Positions 15,265 to 26,181 of a DNA stretch of 64,000 nt are shown here, one piece after another. Every line of letters starts with the position of its first letter. Position 1 is the first letter of the stretch. Under the pieces are notes generated by a model. That model made no database searches. It was not told the origin of the DNA and worked only from the letters and a program-made list of their open reading frames with translations. A program made the position numbers and the translations under genes. The stretch covers positions 2,637-66,636 of the forward strand of contig CANKOI010000008.1 in NCBI GenBank assembly GCA_947484175.1, written 5' to 3'. The DNA comes from Deltaproteobacteria bacterium. GTDB lineage: Bacteria > Myxococcota_A > UBA796 > SXON01.

Positions 15265-18200
15265 ATGTCCATCTTCCGTGATGCCCTTGTTGACCGTGTG
15301 CTCATCTTCGATGGAGGCATGGGCACCCAACTGCAGGGCTTCGACCTTCCGTTGTCGGATTACAACGGCCTGGAGAACTGCTCGGAGATCCTGAACCTCA
15401 CCCGCCCGGATGTGGTGGGCGCCATCCACCGCCGCTACTTCGAGGCCGGCGCCGACATCGTGGAAACGAACAGTTTCGGTGGCGCACCCTGGGTGCTGGC
15501 GGAGTTCGGACTGCAGGACCAGACCGAGGAGATCAACTTCCGCTCCGCCGAACTGGCCCGCGAAGCCGCCATCCACGCTTCCACCGATGCGCGCCCCCGC
15601 TTTGTGGCCGGCTCGATCGGCCCCGGCACCCGGCTGCCCACGCTCGGCCACATCCACTGGGACGAGATGTTTGCCGGCTACCGTCGGCAGGTGCGCGGCC
15701 TCGTGGACGGCGGCTGCGACGTGCTCCTCGTCGAAACCTGTCAGGACCTGCTCCAAACGAAGTGTGCAGTGGCCGCGATCGTCGACGAACTGGCCGCCAT
15801 GGGCCGAGACGTACCGATCATGGCGCAGGTCACGATGGAGACGACCGGCACGATGCTCCTCGGGAGCGACATCGCCGCGGCGCTCACGGTGCTGGAACAG
15901 TACCCCATCGATCTCATCGGTCTCAACTGTGCGACAGGGCCGCAGGAGATGGCCAGCCACATCGCCTTCTTGGGGCGCCACAGTCGCACGCGGATCAGCG
16001 TTTTGCCCAACGCGGGCCTGCCCCAGCTCGTAGACGGCCGCACCCACTACCCGCTCGGCCCCGCGGAGCTAGCCGACTGGCACGTCCGTTTCGTGAAGGA
16101 GGACGGCGTGAACGCGGTGGGCGGCTGCTGCGGCACCACTCCCGACCACATCCGCGCGGTGGCGGAGCGGGTTCTGGGGCTCAAACCGAAACATCGGGTT
16201 CCCGACTTCATCCCCAGCGCATCGAGCCTCTACTCGCCCGTGCCCTTGCGTCAGCAGGCCGACATCTTCGCGGTGGGCGAGCGCACCAACGCCAACGGCT
16301 CTCGCCAGTTCAAACGCATGCTGGACGCGCAGGACTGGGACGGCATGGTGGGAATGGGCAAAGATCAGGTGCGCGGCGGCAGCCACGCGGTCGATGTGTG
16401 TACCGCGTTCGTGGGCCGCAACGAGGTGGTGGACATGGACGAGTTGGTGCGCCGGATGGTGCAGAGCGTGCAGGCGCCGCTCGTGATCGACTCCACGGAG
16501 GTTCCGGTCTTGGAGGCAGCCCTCAAGCGCATCGGCGGCAAGCCCATCGTGAACAGCATCAACCTCGAAGACGGCGAAGCGCGGCTCGACCAGGTGTGTG
16601 TGCTCTGCAAGCGGCACGGCGCCGGCGTGATCGCGCTCACGATCGACGAAGAGGGGATGGCCAAACGACCGGAGCAGAAGCTCGCGGTCGCCGAGCGGCT
16701 CTACGACCTCGCCGTGAACCGCCACGGCATGCAGCCCGACGACATCTTCTTCGACCCGCTCACCTTCACCATCGCCACCGGCAACGAAGACGACCGGAAG
16801 CTCGGCCTGTGGACGCTCGAGGGCATCCAACTCATCGCCACCCGCTTTCCGCGCTGCGGCATCCTGCTGGGCCTCTCCAACATCAGCTTCGGCCTGAACC
16901 CGGCGGCGCGCCACGCCCTGAACTCGGTGTTCCTGCACCACGCTCGCGAGGCCGGCATGACCGCCGCCATCGTGCACGCCGAGAAGATCATGCCGCTTTA
17001 CAAACTCGAGCCCGAGGTGCGAGAGGTGTGCGAGGACCTCATCTGGGACCGGCGCCGAGAGGGCTACGACCCGCTCATGCGGCTGCTCGCGATCTTCGCT
17101 GACCGGAAGGTGGAAAAGACAGTGCGGAAGGTGGCCGAAACCGTAGAGGAGCGGCTGAAGGAGCGCATCGTGGAGGGGGACCGAAACGGCTTGGAGGTCG
17201 ACCTTGAAGAGGCCCTGAAGACTTACACGCCGCTGGCGATCATCAACGACTTGCTGCTCGACGGCATGCGGGTCGTGGGCGAACTGTTCGGCTCCGGCCA
17301 GATGCAGCTCCCGTTCGTGCTCCAGAGCGCGGAGACGATGAAGACGGCGGTGGCGTGGCTGCAGCCGTTCATGGACAAGGTGCAGGGGCCGGCCAAGGGC
17401 ACGATGGTGCTGGCCACCGTGCGCGGCGACGTCCACGACATTGGCAAGAACCTCGTGGACATCATCCTCAGCAACAACGGCTACAAGGTGGTGAACATCG
17501 GCATCAAACAGCCGATCGACCGAATCCTTGCGGCCGCCCAGGAGCACTCCGCAGATGTGATCGGGATGAGCGGGCTGCTCGTAAAGAGCACCGTGATCAT
17601 GAAGGAGAACCTCGAGGAGATGCGGCGGCAGGGCTGGACGACGCCCGTGGTACTCGGGGGCGCAGCGCTGACCCGTAGCTACGTGGAAGTGGACTGTTCG
17701 CAGACCTACGGGCGCAAGGTGAGCTACGCCCGCGACGCCTTCGCGGGCCTGCATTTCATGGAGAAGCTCCGGGAGTGGGACGACACCCTCGCGCCCGCCG
17801 AAACCGGCGAGGGCGGCGCCCCCGTGGTGCCCACCCGCGGCGAACGCCCGATCCCCTACGACGCCCGCGATGCCGAGCCGATCGAACCCGTGGCCACCCC
17901 CGCCATGCCCGCGCTCGGCGCGCGCTTGGCAGAGGTGCCGCTCAAGGCGCTCCTCCCCTGGCTCAACGAGGATGTGCTCTTCAAATTCCAATGGGGTTTT
18001 CTGCGTAAGAACCTCAGCACGGAAGAGCACGCAGAGCAGCTCCGCACCGTGGTGCGCCCCATTCTCGTCGACCTCGCGGACCGCGCGGCGCGCGAAGGCA
18101 TCCTCCGCCCTCAGGCGCTCTACGGCTTCTTCCGGGCCCGGAGCGAGGGCGATGCGCTCGTGTTTCTCGACCACGACCTGCGCCTCCCCTTCCCACGGCA

Positions 18201-18666
18201 GCGCCGCCCGGACGGATCCCCGGGGCTCTGCCTCGCCGACTACGTGCGCCCCGACGAAGATGTCGTGGGCCTTCAGCTGGTCACGGTCGGGCACCGCGCC
18301 ACGGAGGTCTGCCAGGAGTGGTTCGAGGCCAACAAATACACCGAGTACCTCTACCTTCACGGGCTCGCGGTCGAAACCACCGAGGCGCTCGCCGAGTACG
18401 TGCATAAACAGATGCGCGCGGAGCTCGGGATCAGCGCGCACGACGCGCGCGAGCTTCCCGACCTTTTCCGCAAGAAGTACCAAGGCTGCCGCTACGCCTA
18501 CGGCTACCCGGCCTGCCCCGACATGGCCGACCAGCAGCACCTCCTGCGCCTCTTAGGCGCCGACCGCATCGGCGTGACGATGGACGCCGACGAGCAGCTC
18601 TTTCCCGAGCAGTCGACGGCGGCGATCGTCGTGCATCACCCGCAGGCCCGGTACTTTCGGGTCTAG
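15265..18666 (+). CDS. metH: Cobalamin-dependent methionine synthase
   Basis: 1133 aa. It has an Hcy-methyltransferase N-terminus (LIFDGGMGTQL, ETNSFG) and a pterin-binding region. The B12-binding motif is GDVHDIGKN. A C-terminal AdoMet reactivation domain is present. Confidence 0.97.
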   Translation: MSIFRDALVDRVLIFDGGMGTQLQGFDLPLSDYNGLENCSEILNLTRPDVVGAIHRRYFEAGADIVETNSFGGAPWVLAEFGLQDQTEEINFRSAELAREAAIHASTDARPRFVAGSIGPGTRLPTLGHIHWDEMFAGYRRQVRGLVDGGCDVLLVETCQDLLQTKCAVAAIVDELAAMGRDVPIMAQVTMETTGTMLLGSDIAAALTVLEQYPIDLIGLNCATGPQEMASHIAFLGRHSRTRISVLPNAGLPQLVDGRTHYPLGPAELADWHVRFVKEDGVNAVGGCCGTTPDHIRAVAERVLGLKPKHRVPDFIPSASSLYSPVPLRQQADIFAVGERTNANGSRQFKRMLDAQDWDGMVGMGKDQVRGGSHAVDVCTAFVGRNEVVDMDELVRRMVQSVQAPLVIDSTEVPVLEAALKRIGGKPIVNSINLEDGEARLDQVCVLCKRHGAGVIALTIDEEGMAKRPEQKLAVAERLYDLAVNRHGMQPDDIFFDPLTFTIATGNEDDRKLGLWTLEGIQLIATRFPRCGILLGLSNISFGLNPAARHALNSVFLHHAREAGMTAAIVHAEKIMPLYKLEPEVREVCEDLIWDRRREGYDPLMRLLAIFADRKVEKTVRKVAETVEERLKERIVEGDRNGLEVDLEEALKTYTPLAIINDLLLDGMRVVGELFGSGQMQLPFVLQSAETMKTAVAWLQPFMDKVQGPAKGTMVLATVRGDVHDIGKNLVDIILSNNGYKVVNIGIKQPIDRILAAAQEHSADVIGMSGLLVKSTVIMKENLEEMRRQGWTTPVVLGGAALTRSYVEVDCSQTYGRKVSYARDAFAGLHFMEKLREWDDTLAPAETGEGGAPVVPTRGERPIPYDARDAEPIEPVATPAMPALGARLAEVPLKALLPWLNEDVLFKFQWGFLRKNLSTEEHAEQLRTVVRPILVDLADRAAREGILRPQALYGFFRARSEGDALVFLDHDLRLPFPRQRRPDGSPGLCLADYVRPDEDVVGLQLVTVGHRATEVCQEWFEANKYTEYLYLHGLAVETTEALAEYVHKQMRAELGISAHDARELPDLFRKKYQGCRYAYGYPACPDMADQQHLLRLLGADRIGVTMDADEQLFPEQSTAAIVVHHPQARYFRV

Positions 18667-18675
18667 GAGGCGCCG

Positions 18676-20796
18676 TCAGAGCACCGGGAGCCGCTCCGCC
18701 GGCACGCCCGCGGCGCTGTCCACGAAATAGATCGGATTGGAGTAGAGCAACCCTTCGCCCTCCCCGCTGAGCACCTCGAAGCGTACCAAGCGGCCGGCGG
18801 CGGGCTCCACGGTGGTGGACCAAGAGAAGGCACCCGTGGCCGTCACGGTTGCCCGTTCGTGCTCCTCGCCGTCCACCATCGCTCGCACCACCCAGCCTGA
18901 GGCGAGGGCACTGGCGGTGAACACGACCGCGGTCGGGCCCTGATGCCCAATGACCACCTGCCCTTGGTTGGCACCCGCAGCCGGGACTTCGACATCCACG
19001 ACCACCTCGCCGTCGGGGAACTGGCGCGGATCGCCGAACCAGGCCGCGCCGCGCCGCAGGTTCCACAGGAGCGCCTCCTCCTCCAGCTCGCCTGCCGCCA
19101 CCCAGGTCACGAAATTGTTCACCCCTAGGGCCCAAACGCCCTCGTCGTGCACGTCGGAGGTGCCGATGCCGGTGAGGTACAGGCCGTCGATCCCCAGACC
19201 GTCCCACACGCGCAAAAAATCCTCGGTGAGCCCGCCGCGCCGACGGTACCCCACCTCAAGGAGGTCCACCCCGTAGACCGCGTTCGCACCGAGGATGGAG
19301 AGCTGGTCGTGGACGAGCTCCTCCCGTACGTCGGCGGCGAGCTCGGACAGGCCCACGCCGAACATGTGGTTGTACGACACGAGGCCTCCGTCGGCCTGCA
19401 CCTCGGCCACGGCGTCGGCCGGCCCCCAGTCGCCCGGACGGTCGTAGTCGAGCAGGAGACCGTGGCTGCCGAAGGCGTTGAAGTGAGGTTCGCCGAAGCC
19501 GCTCAGCTCGGCACCCACCCACGAGCGTGTGGAAACGCCGCGCTCCGCCGCGACCTCGTCGAGAAAGGCGCGCTGGTCGTCGCGGAGGGCGTCGCCCACG
19601 ACGCGCTGCGAAAACTGGAAGTCGTCGAGGTCCCAGCTTCCGAAGCCTCCGTCGCTGCCCTGCAGCTCGATCTCGAGCAGGCGCGCCGAGAGGTCGCGCT
19701 CGGCGTCGGGCCAGTAGGCGTCGGCGAGCGCGCTGATGTCGGCGGCGACGCTCACCCACAGGCCGGTTCGGGCTCCCATCGGCACCCAGAGCTCGTCGGT
19801 GGCGGTGGCATCCGCGGCTCCGCCATCGAAGAACACGATGCTGCGCCGCCGGCCACGCTCGCCCTCGCCCGAGCTCAGCGGAACTCGCACCCGCAGCTCG
19901 GCGCCCTCCGCCCACAGGCGGCGGAGCTTGAACCGGAGCTGAACGCCCCCGAGCGTGCCGCGCACACTGGTCTGGTTCCTCGCATGAACTCGCCACGTGT
20001 GGGTCGATGTCTCCGAGACGCTGCCTTCTTTCACCTCCACCCGCAGTCCGTAGGCCCCCGAAGCAGCGGAGTGGGGATCGACCCGAAGCTGCGCATCGGC
20101 CAAGTCGCCGCCCCGGTCCAACACCACCCACTCCGACGGGCCGAGCGCGGCCGTGCCCGCGATCTTGCCGCCCAACTCCCCGGACTCCCAGTCGAGCGTG
20201 GAGAGGCTCATGTCGGGGTTCTTGTGGTAGAGCACGTCGTGGTCGGTCCACCACAGGAGGTCGAGCCCGTCGAGATGAGCGGCGTCCCCGAAGCCGCGCA
20301 TGGTGCCGCTGCCTTCCGACAGGCTCCCGTGCACGTGCAGCTGGGCTGACCACGCGCCAAGGGCCGAGAAGGTCACCCGCGCAGGGACCGCGACTTCGCA
20401 GTCGAGCGCCCCCACCTCGGCCTGTCCGGGCCGGGTCGCGGAGTGGAGGGTGGTCTCGGACTCGCCGCCCACCAGAGGGGGCAGCGGCTCCAAGCGTCCG
20501 CCGGTGCTGACCAAGGTGAGGAGGGTGCCATCGGGGAGCGCGTTGCCGGCACGGTCGGTGGCCAGCGCGTGGAGAGTGACGACGGGGCGGCCGTCGGCGG
20601 GGACGACCGCGGGGCTGAGGCTCAGCGACACGCGACACGCGGCCTCGGGCGGGGCGGACTCTCCGCCGCTGTCGAGGGAGGGCGAGTCGATCAACACGAC
20701 GCTGTCGGACTCCTCGGGAGGACGCACCTCCGATCCGGGACCGACCCCACATGCACCACACACCAGCAACAGCATCCGCACGCCGCACTCTACCAC
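18676..20796 (-). CDS. Secreted/lipoprotein with Ig-like N-terminal domain and PHP/CehA-like metallohydrolase-like core (function tentative)
   Basis: 706-aa ORF with signal MLLLVCGACG. It has a Big-like segment (VSLSLSPAVVPADGRPVVTLHALATDRAGN). The HxH...DHD-type stretch (LHVHGSLSEGSG...WWTDHD) suggests a PHP-type fold. Confidence 0.65.
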   Translation of the reverse strand: MVECGVRMLLLVCGACGVGPGSEVRPPEESDSVVLIDSPSLDSGGESAPPEAACRVSLSLSPAVVPADGRPVVTLHALATDRAGNALPDGTLLTLVSTGGRLEPLPPLVGGESETTLHSATRPGQAEVGALDCEVAVPARVTFSALGAWSAQLHVHGSLSEGSGTMRGFGDAAHLDGLDLLWWTDHDVLYHKNPDMSLSTLDWESGELGGKIAGTAALGPSEWVVLDRGGDLADAQLRVDPHSAASGAYGLRVEVKEGSVSETSTHTWRVHARNQTSVRGTLGGVQLRFKLRRLWAEGAELRVRVPLSSGEGERGRRRSIVFFDGGAADATATDELWVPMGARTGLWVSVAADISALADAYWPDAERDLSARLLEIELQGSDGGFGSWDLDDFQFSQRVVGDALRDDQRAFLDEVAAERGVSTRSWVGAELSGFGEPHFNAFGSHGLLLDYDRPGDWGPADAVAEVQADGGLVSYNHMFGVGLSELAADVREELVHDQLSILGANAVYGVDLLEVGYRRRGGLTEDFLRVWDGLGIDGLYLTGIGTSDVHDEGVWALGVNNFVTWVAAGELEEEALLWNLRRGAAWFGDPRQFPDGEVVVDVEVPAAGANQGQVVIGHQGPTAVVFTASALASGWVVRAMVDGEEHERATVTATGAFSWSTTVEPAAGRLVRFEVLSGEGEGLLYSNPIYFVDSAAGVPAERLPVL

Positions 20797-20830
20797 AAAT
20801 GCCCGGCGTTGGCCGCAGGGGACTGCGCAG

Positions 20831-21907
20831 CTACTTCACGACCGTCCTGCGAAAAAGCTCCACCCCGTTCAGGTCGTACACCACGCCCGTGAGCGTGCGC
20901 CCGCGCAGCTCGATCCACACAAAACCTTCGATCTCGGCTTCGAACCACGTAGGATTGTCGCCTTCCAGCTCGGTGGTCTTCGCGCCGGCACCCGAAACGA
21001 TGAACTCGGTGCCGCTGCAGGTGGACTGCGGCCACTGCAAGGAGTGATCGTGGCCGTCGATGTAGAGGTCTACCTGCCCGCAGAGCCGGTCGTCCACGAA
21101 CGCCTCGATGGCGGCGCCGTTCACGATGGGCACCCAGTCGAGCCCCTCGTACTCGCCCGCGTTGCCGTGAGGCCCGTTGCTCAGGTAGGGGTGGTGGCCG
21201 TAGGCCACACGCCACGTACTCGTGTCGCGGGCCAACTGGTCGCGCATCCAGTCGGCCTGATCGTCGCCGAAACCCCAAAACACCTGGGTAGTGTCGAGGC
21301 CGAAGAAGCTGGCATGGGCGTGAGTGTGGGCGTAGTACAGGTCGGGCATCGTCCATTTGTCGGAGAGCGCCGAGTAGTCCACGTAGATCGACCCCTTCCA
21401 CAGCTCCCAGCCGATGCCTTCCCCGCCGTAGTCGTGGTTGCCGAGCGCCGGGTAGAACGGAAAGTCGAGCTCAGCGTACGGCAGCTCGAACTTCTCGTCC
21501 CACTGGGGGTCGGCGGTGTCTTCCACGCCCGAATCGTAGAAGTTGTCGCCGAGGTAGAGCGCGAAATCGCAGCCGTCGCGAGCGCACACCACGGCGATGG
21601 CATCGGCCACGGCGTATTGCTCGCTGTTGCCCTCGCCGGCATCGCCGAGCGCCACGAACCGGACAACGTCGACGGGTGCTTCGCCGGTGTCCTTGGGTGC
21701 GGTGTCTTCCGCGGTGTGTTCGGCCGCCGTGTCGGCGGTGTCGGACTCCACGCCGCTGTCGGTGTCAGCGGCTGCGCTGTCGGTGGAGCCGCTGTCCACA
21801 ACGCCGGCGCCGGCCGTTCGAGAGACGCTGCCGTCGGGGGTGCAGGCGAGGAGCGCGAATAGAGGGACAGTTCGAAGCACGGCCACCTTCCGAGTTGCGG
21901 CTATCAC
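20831..21907 (-). CDS. Calcineurin-like metallophosphoesterase lipoprotein (purple-acid-phosphatase-like)
   Basis: The GTG at 21907 gives a GTGA overlap with the upstream stop and a good lipoprotein signal (VIAATRKVAVLRTVPLFALLAC). Motifs: ALGDAGEG, GDNFY, GNHD, YGHHP. Confidence 0.85.
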   Translation of the reverse strand: MIAATRKVAVLRTVPLFALLACTPDGSVSRTAGAGVVDSGSTDSAAADTDSGVESDTADTAAEHTAEDTAPKDTGEAPVDVVRFVALGDAGEGNSEQYAVADAIAVVCARDGCDFALYLGDNFYDSGVEDTADPQWDEKFELPYAELDFPFYPALGNHDYGGEGIGWELWKGSIYVDYSALSDKWTMPDLYYAHTHAHASFFGLDTTQVFWGFGDDQADWMRDQLARDTSTWRVAYGHHPYLSNGPHGNAGEYEGLDWVPIVNGAAIEAFVDDRLCGQVDLYIDGHDHSLQWPQSTCSGTEFIVSGAGAKTTELEGDNPTWFEAEIEGFVWIELRGRTLTGVVYDLNGVELFRRTVVK

Positions 21908-23916
21908 GGCGCCTCCGCCTCGCTCGGGGAGCCCCACCGCAGCACCCCGTTGTTCACGAGGCGCGCGTGCACGCCGACCAGCCAGGATTGCAGCAGCTCG
22001 GCTTCGCAGCCCTCGCCCGACCAGCGACCGTCGCTGCCGCGGGTGCAGCCCTCGAGGTAGCTGAACTCCTCGACCGCCGGCAGGTGGAAGTACCAGGTGG
22101 AGATGCCATCGGTGCCGCGCTGGGCAGCGGCCCGATGGAGGAGGAGATCAGCCACTGCGATGTCGTCCGCCTCGATGGTGCTGCCCCCGCCCAGCCCGAG
22201 CATGCGGCACTCGGCCTGCAGCGCCCCTGCGCAGTCGGCGCTGTTGAAGATCGCGAGGGTGCTGCCAGGCACGAGCAGGAAGCCCCCCGCCGCATCGTGT
22301 TCGGCCGCGCCCTCGGCGCTGGAGGTGCGCCACGGCCGAGGTTCAGCTTCGCCCGACCAGGGGGCTGCGTCTTTGCCGCGGGGGTCGTCGATGCCCACTT
22401 CGGGGAAGGCGGAGAGCCCGACAAAGGCGTGGCGGTCGAGGCCGGCCGCTTCCAAGGCCACGACCCAGTCGCCACCGGTTTCCCAGCCGGCGGCACCGGC
22501 GGCGAAGCGGGGGGACACGTCGAGGTCGGCGAGCACCTCCAGTTCGGCGAGGATGGCGTCATCGAGGCAGCCCTGCTCGCTGCACTCGGGGGGATCGTGA
22601 AACAGTACGCCCGGCTCCACGCGGTCGCCTTCGGCAACTGCCGAGAACTCGGCCGAGACCTTGCACCGGCGGGCATGCGAGGCCACCGCGGGGGAGACGG
22701 CAAGCGCGATCACGGGCGGAACATCGTCGAAGAGCGCACGATTCCCCACCGCCCGTTCGGCCCGTTCCTCCATACCGTCTTCGGCCCCGGAGCACTCCAC
22801 CCGGGAGGCCACCGCCCGCGGGTTCTCGACGAAGGCGGCCACCCATGCGGAGAGCGGCGGCCGCCCCGAAAGCGCTGTCTCGTCCACAAAGACCGACACG
22901 CTCCCGCCCACCAGAACGCTCACCTCGCCCACACCGTTCACGACGATCGCGTCGGGCCTCCCCACCGCGTGCTGCGCCACCTCCACGCCTCCCCGAAGCT
23001 CCGCCACGCCCTGCTCGGTGGCCGCGTACAGCGCGCCCGACACGGGATGGCGCGCGATGGGCCCCACCAGCAACGCCACCTCCACGCTCGAGAGCACGCC
23101 GCCCGACGAATCGACATGGAGCACCAGCCCTCGCTCGCCGCACGCCATCCACACGCCGCCCTCACCGTCGGGGGTGATCCCTACGCTGGCGCTGCACGCC
23201 TCCTCGGGGCCGCCCACCGGGCCCGCTCCGGTCGCGGTGACCGCCCACAGGCTCTCGCCCGACCAGACGAGCGCCTCCACCGCGCCGGCCAGGGTTGCCG
23301 ATGCGGTGCGACCCCCGAGCTCGTCGAACCAGGCCACTTCCTGGCCGGCGGCAGCGGCCCAGCCGCCGCTCGGCAGCGCCACGAAACGCTCGGGCTCGCC
23401 GCCCCCCGCCAACACCAGCACCCCGACCGACTGCAAGCGCAGGTAGTCGAAGGGGTTGCCGCGGAGCAGGTCGGTGTTGGCCTTCCTCACGCTCCCATCG
23501 CGCAGGAGTACGAAGAGCTGCTTGCCAGCGGGATCGTCGGCGACATCGACCACCTCCTCGCCCACGGCGAGACCCGTGCGGTCAAGCTCCACCTCGCCGG
23601 CCGCGCAGGCGCCCTGCCGATCGGCGCCGTCGTTGGCGTTGGGGAACGGCGCGGGGTCGAGGCAGCGCGGGGCATCGTCGAGGCGGTAGCGCCCGTCGAG
23701 AAGGGCCACGCCGCCGCGGTTTCCGGGCCACACGGCGAGGGATGGAGCGCCGCTCACGGGGAGCATGCGGCGGGAACCTGAGCCCACGGGCACGGCGAGC
23801 AATTCGCGGAAGGGGTCGAGGTCTTCGTGGAGCGAGTCCCAGAAGGGCGGCGCCTGCTCCGACGCACCGGACTCCGCCGCCGGATCACAGGCGGCAAGGA
23901 CAAGGAGGAGCGGCAT
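21904..23916 (-). CDS. Hypothetical lipoprotein (670 aa)
   Basis: Signal and lipobox MPLLLVLAAC. It is a long ORF with coding-like composition, co-directional and coupled with the downstream phosphoesterase. No family was recognised. Confidence 0.7.
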   Translation of the reverse strand: MPLLLVLAACDPAAESGASEQAPPFWDSLHEDLDPFRELLAVPVGSGSRRMLPVSGAPSLAVWPGNRGGVALLDGRYRLDDAPRCLDPAPFPNANDGADRQGACAAGEVELDRTGLAVGEEVVDVADDPAGKQLFVLLRDGSVRKANTDLLRGNPFDYLRLQSVGVLVLAGGGEPERFVALPSGGWAAAAGQEVAWFDELGGRTASATLAGAVEALVWSGESLWAVTATGAGPVGGPEEACSASVGITPDGEGGVWMACGERGLVLHVDSSGGVLSSVEVALLVGPIARHPVSGALYAATEQGVAELRGGVEVAQHAVGRPDAIVVNGVGEVSVLVGGSVSVFVDETALSGRPPLSAWVAAFVENPRAVASRVECSGAEDGMEERAERAVGNRALFDDVPPVIALAVSPAVASHARRCKVSAEFSAVAEGDRVEPGVLFHDPPECSEQGCLDDAILAELEVLADLDVSPRFAAGAAGWETGGDWVVALEAAGLDRHAFVGLSAFPEVGIDDPRGKDAAPWSGEAEPRPWRTSSAEGAAEHDAAGGFLLVPGSTLAIFNSADCAGALQAECRMLGLGGGSTIEADDIAVADLLLHRAAAQRGTDGISTWYFHLPAVEEFSYLEGCTRGSDGRWSGEGCEAELLQSWLVGVHARLVNNGVLRWGSPSEAEAP

Positions 23917-24026
23917 CGGGCCCCCGTAGCTTGCTCGATCATCGGGGGCATCGCACGCGCTTTTTCGGGGTGCAGGGCGATCGTGGCCTCGTTAGCACCC
24001 GCGCGCCAGCCCCCGAGGAGCCCCCC

Positions 24027-26177
24027 ATGTCCGACGCCAGTGCCCGCCGTGCCGCCATTCAGACCGCCACCTCCCGCCCTGGGCGCAGCCTGCCCCGCCC
24101 GGTAGACGCCGAGGGGCGCCCCGCCCGCGTCTCCCAACTCTTCGCTTCGCGGGTGTTCCACCCCGAGCGCATGAAGCAGCGCCTGCCTCCCGAAATCTTC
24201 GCACGCTGGTCCGAAACGGTAGAGGCCGGCAACCGGCTGGAACGCCCGGTGGCCGACGCCATCGCGCACGCCGTGAAAGAATGGGCGCTGGAGCAAGGCG
24301 CCAGCCACTTCTGCCACTGGTTTCACCCGATGACGGGGAGCACGGCGGAGAAGCACGACAGCTTCTTGTGGTTCGACAACAACGGGCGCCCCATCGAGAA
24401 GTTCACCGGTGGGCTGCTGCTCCAGAGTGAGCCCGACGCGTCGAGCTTCCCCTCGGGCGGCATGCGCTCCACGTTTGAGGCGCGCGGCTACACGGCGTGG
24501 GACCCTACGTCGCCGATGTTCCTGATGGAAGGACCCTCGGGGCGCACCTTGGTGATCCCCAGCGCGTTCTTGGGCTACCACGGCGAGTCGCTCGACGAGA
24601 AGGCGCCGCTCTTGCGCTCGATGGAGGCGCTGAGCCGCGCCGCTTCGAAGCTCTGCACGCTCCTCGGAACGCCCGCCTCCCGCATCACCGCCACGGTCGG
24701 CCCGGAGCAGGAGTACTTCGTGATCGACAAGGCCTACGCGTCATTGCGGCCCGATCTTCAGGTGGCCGGCCGCACCGTGCTCGGCGCCGCGGCGCCGAAG
24801 GGGCAGAGCTTGGAAGATCACTACTTCGGCTCGATCCCCACCCGCGTGCTGGGCCTGATGGAAGAAGTCGAGTTCGAGCTCTACGCCCTCGGCGTGTGGG
24901 CCAAGACTCGCCACAACGAGGTGGCGCCCGGCCAGTTTGAGCTGGCACCCGTGTTCACCGAGGCGAACGTCGCGGCCGACCACAACCAGCTCGTGATGCG
25001 CACGCTGCGCAACGTGGCCGACCGGCACGGCTTTGCGATGCTGCTCCACGAAAAACCCTTCGCGGGCGTGAACGGCTCGGGCAAGCACGTGAACTGGTCG
25101 ATGCAGACGGCAACCGGCGAGAACCTGCTCGATCCGGGCCACAACCCCAGCGAAAACCTGCGGTTCTTGGCGTTCCTCGCGGCCACGATGCTCGGTGTGC
25201 ACCGCCACGCGGGCGTGCTCCGTGCGGCCATCGCCAGCCACGGCAACGACTTCCGCCTTGGCGCCAACGAAGCGCCCCCGGCGATCATCTCCGTGTTCCT
25301 CGGCGATTTCCTGACCAAGATCGCCGACGGCATCGTGAGCGGCAAGGTGGCGAACCTCCCGCCCGGCCAGGCGATGATCGAGCTGGGCGTGAGCCGTCTC
25401 CCCGCGATCGCGCAGGACAACACCGACCGCAACCGCACCTCCCCCTTCGCGTTCACGGGCAACAAGTTTGAGTTCCGCGCCGTGGGCTCCTCGTCGAGCA
25501 TCAGCTTCCCCACCGCCTGCCTCAACGCCGCGGTCACCGACGGCTTGGAGCAGATCATCCGTTGGGTAGAAGCGGGCGACGACATGATGGCCGCCGTTCG
25601 CAAAGCCTTCACCGAGAGCACCCCGGTGCGCTTCGACGGCAACGGGTACAGCGCCGAATGGGTGGTGGAGGCCGAACGCCGGGGCCTGCCCCACGCACGC
25701 AACACGCCCACCGCGCTCGCGCTGCTCAACACCGACAGCGCGCGCGCTCTCTTCGAGCGCACCGGCGTGCTCTCCCGCGGCGAGCTGCACAGCCGCTACG
25801 ACGTGCGCCTGGAGCTATACAACAAGAAGGTGGAGATCGAAGCCGACGTACTCAAGGAGCTCGTGGACACCTACGTGATCCCCTCGGTCATCGCGGAGGA
25901 GCAGTCGCTCACGGGCGCCACCAACGCCTTGGCTGTTGCGCGGCGGGGAGCGGTCGACGCAGTCGGCCAGGCGCTCCTTGAAACGCGGCGCGCCGTCGAC
26001 ACCGCCGTGAGCGGCACCCCCACCGACGACCTGATGGCCGTGGCCACCTACCTCTGCGCCAACGTGGTGCCCGCCCTCGAGGCGCTGCGCGGCGCGTGCG
26101 ACGCCGCCGAGCGCGTCGTAGCCGACCACCGCTGGAGCCTGCCCAAGTACCGCGAGATGCTGTTTGTGAACGGGTGA
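24027..26177 (+). CDS. glnN: Type III glutamine synthetase
   Basis: The internal ATG at 24027 is in frame with ORF 23295..26177. The product is 716 aa. The GS-III N-terminus is recognisable (FASRVF...MKQRLP, HFCHWFHPMTG, EPDASSFPSGGMRSTFEARGY). The catalytic region is also recognisable (NEVAPGQFELAP, HEKPFAGVNGSGKHVNWS). Confidence 0.9.
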   Translation: MSDASARRAAIQTATSRPGRSLPRPVDAEGRPARVSQLFASRVFHPERMKQRLPPEIFARWSETVEAGNRLERPVADAIAHAVKEWALEQGASHFCHWFHPMTGSTAEKHDSFLWFDNNGRPIEKFTGGLLLQSEPDASSFPSGGMRSTFEARGYTAWDPTSPMFLMEGPSGRTLVIPSAFLGYHGESLDEKAPLLRSMEALSRAASKLCTLLGTPASRITATVGPEQEYFVIDKAYASLRPDLQVAGRTVLGAAAPKGQSLEDHYFGSIPTRVLGLMEEVEFELYALGVWAKTRHNEVAPGQFELAPVFTEANVAADHNQLVMRTLRNVADRHGFAMLLHEKPFAGVNGSGKHVNWSMQTATGENLLDPGHNPSENLRFLAFLAATMLGVHRHAGVLRAAIASHGNDFRLGANEAPPAIISVFLGDFLTKIADGIVSGKVANLPPGQAMIELGVSRLPAIAQDNTDRNRTSPFAFTGNKFEFRAVGSSSSISFPTACLNAAVTDGLEQIIRWVEAGDDMMAAVRKAFTESTPVRFDGNGYSAEWVVEAERRGLPHARNTPTALALLNTDSARALFERTGVLSRGELHSRYDVRLELYNKKVEIEADVLKELVDTYVIPSVIAEEQSLTGATNALAVARRGAVDAVGQALLETRRAVDTAVSGTPTDDLMAVATYLCANVVPALEALRGACDAAERVVADHRWSLPKYREMLFVNG

Positions 26178-26181
26178 GCCG

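Noticed and set aside
23980-24000. Sigma-54-like TGGCC...TTAGCA element upstream of glnN. GS genes are often sigma-54 dependent.
   Set aside because: The GG-to-GC spacing is two bases short of the -24/-12 consensus, and the -12 element is not TTGC.
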